Assembly (NCBI GenBank): GCA_009914755.4
Contig: CP086569.2
Coordinates: 28,384,001 to 28,448,000 of the forward strand
DNA length: 64,000 nt
Direction: 5' to 3'
Origin: the human T2T-CHM13v2.0 reference genome, Homo sapiens
Shown here: positions 56,723 through 64,000 of the stretch, in pieces
Layout of the letters: every line of letters starts with the position of its first letter
Position numbering within the stretch: the stretch's first letter is position 1
The notes under the pieces: model-generated
The model's database searches: none
The model's input: only the letters and a program-made list of their open reading frames with translations
What the model was told of the DNA's origin: nothing
Position numbers and translations under genes: made by a program

Positions 56723-59700
56723 ATGGAGTCAAATGGAATGGTCTGGAATGGAATGAACACGAATGTAATGCAATCCAATAGAATGGAATCGAATGGCATG
56801 GAATATAAAGAAATGGAATCGAAGAGAATGGAAACAAACGGAATGGAATTGAATGGAATGGATTTGAATGGAATGGGAACGAATGGAGTGAAATTGTATG
56901 CAGTAGAAGAGAATAGAATGGAATGCAAGCGAAAGGAAAGGAATGGTTTGGAATGGAATGGAATTCATTGGAATGGAATGGAATTCATTGGAATGGAAGG
57001 GAATGTAGTGTAATGGACAGGCCTGGAATAAAGTGGAATGCTACGGTCTCGAATGGAATAAAAATGTATGGAATGGAATGCAATGAAACGGAATCGAATG
57101 TCATAGAATGTAATGGAATGCAAAAAAATGGAATCCAAAATCATTGACTGGAAAGGCTGGGTTTCGAAAGGAATTGACTCCAATGGAATGGAATCGAATG
57201 GAATGGAAGTGAATAGAATCGAACTAAATCGAATGGAATGGAATTGGTAGGAACGGAATGGAAAGGAATGAAATGATTTGGCATGGAATAGAATCGAATG
57301 GCATCGAATGGAATGGAATGGAATGCAATGCAATGGAATGTATTAGAATGTAATGAACTTTAATGGAATGTACTCGAATGGATTCGACTGGAATGGAATG
57401 TTCTGGAAGTGAATGCACTCCAATATAATGGATTCAAAAGGAATGGAATCGTACGGAATGGAATCTAATGGAATGGAATTAAATGGAAATGAATCAAATT
57501 GAATAGCACGGAATTGAATTGAATGGAATTGAATGCAATGGAATCTAATAAAACGGAAAGGAAAGGAAGGGAATGGAATGGAATGGGCTGGAATGGAAAG
57601 GAATCGAAACGAATGGAATGGAATCGAACTGAAGAGACTGGAATGGAATGCACTGGAATGGAAGGGAGTGTAATGGAAGTTTCTCGAAAAAAATGGAATC
57701 GAATGGAATGGAATTGAATGGAACGGAATAGAGTCGAATGGAATTGAATGGAATGGAATGGACTAGAGTGAAATGGAATCGAACCACAAGGAATGGACAG
57801 GAATAGAATGGTCTCGAATTGAATGGAATCGTATGGAATGGCATCAAACGGAATGGAATGGACAGCCACGGAATGGAATGCACTCGAATGCAATGGAGTC
57901 GAAACTAATGGACTGGAATAGAATGGACTCGACTGGTACGGACTCCAATGGAATGGAATCGAATGGAAGGGAATCGAACGGAATGGACTCGAAGGGAAAA
58001 GACTGCAATGGAAAGGTCTCGAATGGAATGGAAATTAATGGAATGGAATGGAATCGAATGAAATGGAGTCAAAAGGAATGGAATCGAATGGCAAGAAATC
58101 GAATGTAATGGAATCGCAAGGAATGGATGTGAACGGAACGGAATGGAATGGAATCCAAAGGAATGGAATAGAATGGAATGGAATCGAATGGAAAGGACTC
58201 GAATGGAAATCAATCGAATAGAATGCAATTTAATAAAATACGATGAAATGTAATGGAATGGAATGGAAAGGAATCGAAACGAAAGGAATGGAGACAGATG
58301 GAATGGAATGGAACAGAGAGCAATGGTATAGAATGGAATGGAATCATCTGAAATGGAATTGAATGGAATGGAATAATATGAAATGGAATGGAATGGCATG
58401 GAATGCCCTTGAATTAAATGGACTGGAATGGAATGGACTGGAACAGAGTGGAATGGAAAGTGTTGAGATAGTATGGAATGGACTCGTTTGGAATGGTCTA
58501 GTATGCAATGCAATGGACTGGCAGGGAATCAAAAGGAATGTAATCGAATGGATTGGACTGGAATGCAATGGACTCGAATAGATTGGAAACGGAATGCAAA
58601 GGAATGGAATGGAATAGTATGGAATGGAATGGAAAGGAATGGAGTGGAATAGACTAGAGTGGAATGGAATGGACTCGAAAGCAATGGACTTGAAATGGAA
58701 CTTTCTTGAATGGACTGGAATCAGAGAATCAAATGGAATTGAATCGAATGGAATCGAATGGATTGGAAAGGAATAGAATGGAATGGAATGGAATTGACTC
58801 AAATGGAATGGACTAGAATGGAATGGATTCGAATGGAAGGCAAAGGAATGGAATCTATTGGAATGGACTGCAATGGAATGGAATGGAAGGGATTGGAATG
58901 GACTCGAATGGAATGGACTGCCATAGAAAGGATTCGAATGGAATGAAAAAGAATTGAATGGAATAGAACAGAATGGAATCAAATCGAATGAAATGGAATG
59001 GAATAGAAAGGAATGGAATGAAATGGATTGGAAAGGATTCGAATGGAATGCAATCGAATGGAATGGAATCGAACGGAATGGAATAAAATGGAAGCAAACT
59101 GGCAAGAAATGGAATCGAAATGAATGGAGTGTTATGGAACGGACTCCAAAGGAATTGAATGTAATAGAATGGAGTGGAGTGGACTCGAATATAATGGACT
59201 GGAATGGAATGAAATCACATGGAATGGGAACGAATGGAATGGAATGGAAAGGAATGGAATCGAATGGAAAGGAATCGAATGGAAGGGAATGAAATTGAAT
59301 CAACAGGAATGGAAGGGAATAGAATAGACGGTAATGGAATGGACTCGAATAGAATGGACACGAATGCTCAAATTGAATGGACTCGAATGGAATGGAAACG
59401 AAAGGAATGTCATCGAATGGAATGGAATCGATTGGAATGAAATCGCATAGAATGGAGTGGAATCAAATGGAATTGAATCGAAAGGAAAGGAAGCGAATGG
59501 ACTGAAATGAAATGGAATGGAATTGAATGGAAAGTAATGCAATGGAATAGAATGGAACGAAATTTCACGGAATGGAATCAAACTGAATGGAATCAAATCA
59601 ATGGAATATAATCAAATGGAATGGAAAGGAATTGAATGGAGTAGATGGGATTGGATGGGATTGGAATGAAATGTACTGGAAAGGACTCGAATTTCATGAA

Positions 59701-60235
59701 AAGGAATGGAATGAATTGGAACGGAATGTACTCGAATGGAATGGAATGTCATGGAATGGCATCAAATGGAATGGAATCGAATGCAATGGAATGCTATGGA
59801 ATGGAATGGAATGCATTGGAATGGAACGTCCTCTAATGGAATGGATTCGAGTGGAATTGAACCGAATATAATGCAGTCGAATGAAATGGAATTGAAAGGA
59901 ATGGGATCGAATACAATGGAATATACTGGAATGTAATGTAATGAACTCGAATGTAATTGACTGGAATGGAATATACATGAATGGAATGTAATCGAATGGA
60001 AAGCAATCCAATGGAATAGAATCTAATGCAATAAAATCGACTCAGATAGAGTAGAATGTAATGGAATGGAGTGCAGTGCAATGGAATGGAATGGAATGCA
60101 ATGGAATGGAATGGAATGGAAGGGAATGGAATGGAATGGAATGGAATGGGATGGAATGGTATGGAATGGATAGTAATGGACTGGAGTGAAATGGACTGGA
60201 AAGGAATGGACTCAAATTGAAAGGGCTCGAAAGGA
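56723..60235. repeat. HOR copy 17 (3513 bp); 20-bp microduplication; 52-bp-deletion subtype
   Basis: Anchor ORF at 56723..57013 is truncated by the duplicated gaatggaatggaattcattg at 56951–56990. The 52-bp deletion is at about 58.72 kb (ggactggaatcagagaatcaaatgg). Confidence 0.9.
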
Positions 60236-63200
60236 ATGGAGTCAAATGGAATGGTCTGGAATGGAATGAACACGAATGTAATGCAATCCAATAGAATGGA
60301 ATCGAATGGCATGGAATATAAAGAAATGGAATCGAAGAGAATGGAAACAAACGGAATGGAATTGAATGGAATGGAATTGAATGGAATGGGAACGAATGGA
60401 GTGAAATTGTATGCAGTAGAAGAGAATAGAATGGAATGCAAGCGAAAGGAAAGGAATGGATTGGAATGGAATGGAATTCATTGGAATGGAAGGGAATGTA
60501 GTGTAATGGACAGGCCTGGAATAAAGTGGAATGCTACGGTCTCGAATGGAATAAAAATGTATGGAATGGAATGCAATGAAACGGAATCGAATGTCATAGA
60601 ATGTAATGGAATGCAAAAAAATGGAATCCAAAATCATTGACTGGAAAGGCTGGGTTTCGAAAGGAATTGACTCCAATGGAATGGAATCGAATGGAATGGA
60701 AATGAATAGAATCGAACTAAATCGAATGGAATGGAATTGGTAGGAACGGAATGGAAAGGAATGAAATGATTTGGCATGGAATGGAATCGAATGGCATCGA
60801 ATGGAATGGAATGGAATGCAATGCAATGGAATGTATTAGAATGTAATGAACTTTAATGGAATGTACTCGAATGGATTCGACTGGAATGGAATGTTCTGGA
60901 AGTGAAAGCACTCCAATGGAATGGATTCAAAAGGAATGGAATCGTACGGAATGGAATCTAATGGAATGGAATTAAATGGAAATGAATGAAATTGAATAGC
61001 ACGGAATTGAATTGAATGGAATCGAATGCAATGGAATCTAATGAAACGGAAAGGAAAGGAATGGAATGGAATGGAATGGGCTGGAATGGAAAGGAATCGA
61101 AACGAATGGAATGGAATCGAACTGAAGAGACTGGAATGGAATGCACTGGAATGGAAGGGAGTGTAATGGAAGGTTCTCGAAAAAAATGGAAACGAATGCA
61201 ATGGAATTGAATGGAACGGAATAGAGTCGAATGGAATTGAATGGAATGGAATGGACTAGAGTGAAATGGAATCGAACCACAAGGAATGGACAGGAATAGA
61301 ATGGTCTCGAATTGAATGGAATCGTATGGAATGGCATCAAACGGAATGGAATGGACAGCCACGGAATGGAATGCACTCGAATGCAATGGAGTCGAAACTA
61401 ATGGACTGGAATAGAATGGACTCGACTGGTACGGACTCCAATGGAATGGAATCGAATGGAAGGGAATCGAACGGAATGGACTCGAAGGGAAAAGACTGCA
61501 ATGGAAAGGTCTCGAATGGAATGGAAATTAATGGAATGGAATGGAATCGAATGAAATGGAGTCAAAAGGAATGGAATCGAATGGCAAGAAATCGAATGTA
61601 ATGGAATCGCAAGGAATGGATGTGAACGGAACGGAATGGAATGGAATCCAAAGGAATGGAATAGAATGGAATGGAATCGAATGGAAAGGACTCGAATGGA
61701 AATCACTCGAATAGAATGCAATTTAATAAAATAGGATCAAATGGAATGGAATGGAATGGAAAGGAATCGAAACGAAAGGAATGGAGACAGATGGAATGGA
61801 ATGGAACAGAGAGCAATGGTATAGAATGGAATGGAATCATCTGAAATGGAATTGAATGGAATGGAATAATATGAAATGGAATGGAATGGAATGGAATGCC
61901 CTTGAATTAAATGGACTGGAATGGAATGGACTCGAACAGAGTGGAATGGAAAGTGTTGAGATAGTATGGAATGGACTCGTTTGGAATGGTCTAGTATGCA
62001 ATGCAATCGACTGGCAGGGAATCAAAAGGAATGTAATCGAATGGATTGGACTGGAATGCAATGGACTCGAATAGATTGGAAACGGAATGCAAAGGAATGG
62101 AATGGAATAGTATGGAATGGAATGGAAAGGAATGGAGTGGAATAGACTAGAGTGGAATGGAATGGACTCGAAAGCAATGGACTGGAAATGGAACATTCTT
62201 GAATGGACTGGAATCAGAGAATCAAATGGAATTGAATCGAATGGAATCGAATGGATTGGAAAGGAATAGAATGGAATGGAATGGAATTGACTCAAATGGA
62301 ATGGACTAGAATGGAATGGATTCGAATGGAAGGCAAAGGAATGGAATCTATTGGAATGGACTGCAATGGAATGGAATGGAAGGGATTGGAATGGACTCGA
62401 ATGGAATGGACTGCCATAGAAAGGATTCGAATGGAATGAAAAAGAATTGAATGGAATAGAACAGAATGGAATCAAATCGAATGAAATGGAATGGAATAGA
62501 AAGGAATGGAATGAAATGGATTGGAAAGGATTCGAATGGAATGAAATCGAATGGAATGGAATCGAACGGAATGGAATAAAATGGAAGAAAACTGGCAAGA
62601 AATGGAATCGAAATGAATGGAGTGTTATGGAACGGACTCAAAAGGAATTGAATGTAATAGAATGGAGTGTAGTGGACTCGAATATAATGGACTGGAATGG
62701 AATGAAATCACATGGAATGGGAACGAATGGAATGGAATGGAAAGGAATGGAATCGAATGGAAAGGAATCGAATGGAAGGGAATGAAATTGAATCAACAGG
62801 AATGGAAGGGAATAGAATAGACGGTAATGGAATGGACTCGAATAGAATGGACACGAATGCTCAAATTGAATGGACTCGAATGGAATGGAAACGAAAGGAA
62901 TGTCATCGAATGGAATTGAATCGATTGGAATGAAATCGCATAGAATGGAGTGGAATCAAATGGAATTGAATCGAAAGGAAAGGAAGCGAATGGACTGAAA
63001 TGAAATGGAATGGAATTGAATGGAAAGTAATGCAATGGAATAGAATGGAACGAAATTTCACGGAATGGAATCAAACTGAATGGAATCAAATCAATGGAAT
63101 ATAATCAAATGGAATGGAAAGGAATTGAATGGAGTAGATGGGATTGGATGGGATTGGAATGAAATGTACTGGAAAGGACTCGAATTTCATGAAACGGAAA

Positions 63201-63739
63201 GGAATGAATTGGAACGGAATGGACTCGAATGGAATGGAATGTCATGGAATGGCATCAAATGGAATGGCATCAAATGGAATGGAATCGAATGCAATGGAAT
63301 GCTATGGAATGGAATGGAATGCATTGGAATGGAATGTCCTCTAATGGAATGGATTCGAGTGGAATGGAATCGAATATAATGGAGTCGAATGAAATGGAAT
63401 TGAAAGGAATGGGATCGAATACAATGGAATATACTGGAATGTAATGTAATGAACTCGAATGTAATTGACTGGAATGGAATGTACATGAATGGAATGTAAT
63501 CGAATGGAAAGTAATCCAATGGAATAGAATCTAATGCAATAAAATCGACTCAGATAGAGTAGAATGTAATGGAATGGAGTGCAGTGCAATGGAATGGAAA
63601 GGAATGGAATGCAATGGAATGGAATGGAATGGAATGGAATGGAATGGGATGGAATGGTATGGAATGGATAGTAATGGACTGGAGTGAAATGGACTGGAAA
63701 GGAATGGACTCAAATTGAAAGGGCTCGAAAGGAATGGAG
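60236..63739. repeat. HOR copy 18 (3504 bp); 52-bp-deletion subtype
   Basis: Anchor ORF at 60236..60640. It carries the same 52-bp deletion at about 62.21 kb. Confidence 0.9.
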
Positions 63740-64000
63740 TCAAATGGAATGGTCTGGAATGGAATGAACACGAATGTAATGCAATCCAATAGAATGGAAT
63801 CGATTGGCATGGAATATAAAGAAATGGAATCGAAGAGAATGGAAACAAACGGAATGGAATTGAATGGAATGGAATTGAATGGAATGGGAACGAATGGAGT
63901 GAAATTCTATGCAGTAGAAGAGAATAGAATGGAATGCAAGCGAAAGGAAAGGAATGGATTGGAATGGAATGGAATTCATTGGAATGGAAGGGAATGTAGT
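63740..64000. repeat. Partial HOR copy 19 (5' end only)
   Basis: Begins with the same anchor sequence (atggagtcaaatggaatggtctggaatgg...) and is truncated by the window edge. Confidence 0.9.

Larger units (their letters stand above)
1..64000. repeat. HSat3-type (GGAAT)n satellite array with an HOR of about 3.54 kb, DYZ1-like; it runs past both window edges
   Basis: The plus strand is near-continuous GGAATGGAAT pentamers with degenerate variants (CGAAT, TGAAT, CAAAT, GGAGT). Eighteen same-phase recurrences of the 134-aa frame-artefact ORF (MESNGMVWNG...) occur at 83, 3632, 7166, ... 63740. There is one GGCC and one GAATTC per period. No non-satellite sequence is interspersed. Confidence 0.95.

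Noticed and set aside
1-64000. Regular direct repeats that might suggest a CRISPR array or a tandem gene cassette.
   Set aside because: Repeat units are 5 bp (and 3.5 kb at the HOR level) with no unique spacers. The organisation is that of a eukaryotic satellite, not repeat–spacer architecture.
1-64000. The possibility that this is HSat2 rather than HSat3.
   Set aside because: HSat2 is dominated by diverged ~23–26-bp CATTCGATTCC-type units. Here the lattice is overwhelmingly simple GGAAT with periodic CGAAT. Together with the 3.5-kb HaeIII-periodic HOR this fits HSat3 (DYZ1-like) better. I could not test the HSat3 signature decamer (CAACCCGAGT-type).

Overview
The whole 64-kb window is tandem satellite DNA of the human HSat3 type, built from the pentamer GGAAT (CATTC on the complementary strand). 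I find no protein-coding genes, RNA genes, mobile elements or CRISPR arrays, and no evidence of an undescribed biological system.

The satellite is organised as a higher-order repeat (HOR) averaging about 3.54 kb, with 18 complete copies and two partial copies at the window edges. Within this window each HOR carries one GGCC (HaeIII) site and one GAATTC (EcoRI) site, so the HOR period equals the HaeIII fragment period. This matches the Y-chromosome DYZ1 family (Yq12, the roughly 3.4–3.56-kb HaeIII repeat), but I cannot confirm that assignment without alignment to a reference.

All ORFs in the supplied six-frame track are artefacts. Pure (GGAAT)n has no stop codon in any forward frame (GMEWN, EWNGM, NGMEW), and the reverse strand reads ...IPFHS... 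without stops; the ORFs restart every HOR at the same phase.

The structure worth a second look is above the HOR level:
- A recent tandem duplication of a two-HOR dimer of about 7.07 kb, at roughly 16.1–23.2 kb and again at 23.2–30.3 kb.
- Mosaic sharing of rare variants between non-adjacent copies, as expected from gene conversion or unequal exchange.
- A recurrent 15-bp indel defining an HOR subtype in copies 6, 8, 9, 11 and 14.
- A 52-bp deletion shared only by the last two complete copies.
- A 20-bp in-phase microduplication in copy 17.
- Expansion and contraction of the near-pure (GGAAT)n tract inside each HOR.
- CpG-decay footprints (CGAAT changing to TGAAT or CAAAT).
- One HSF-type inverted TTCatGAA element per HOR on a strand otherwise almost free of TTC.
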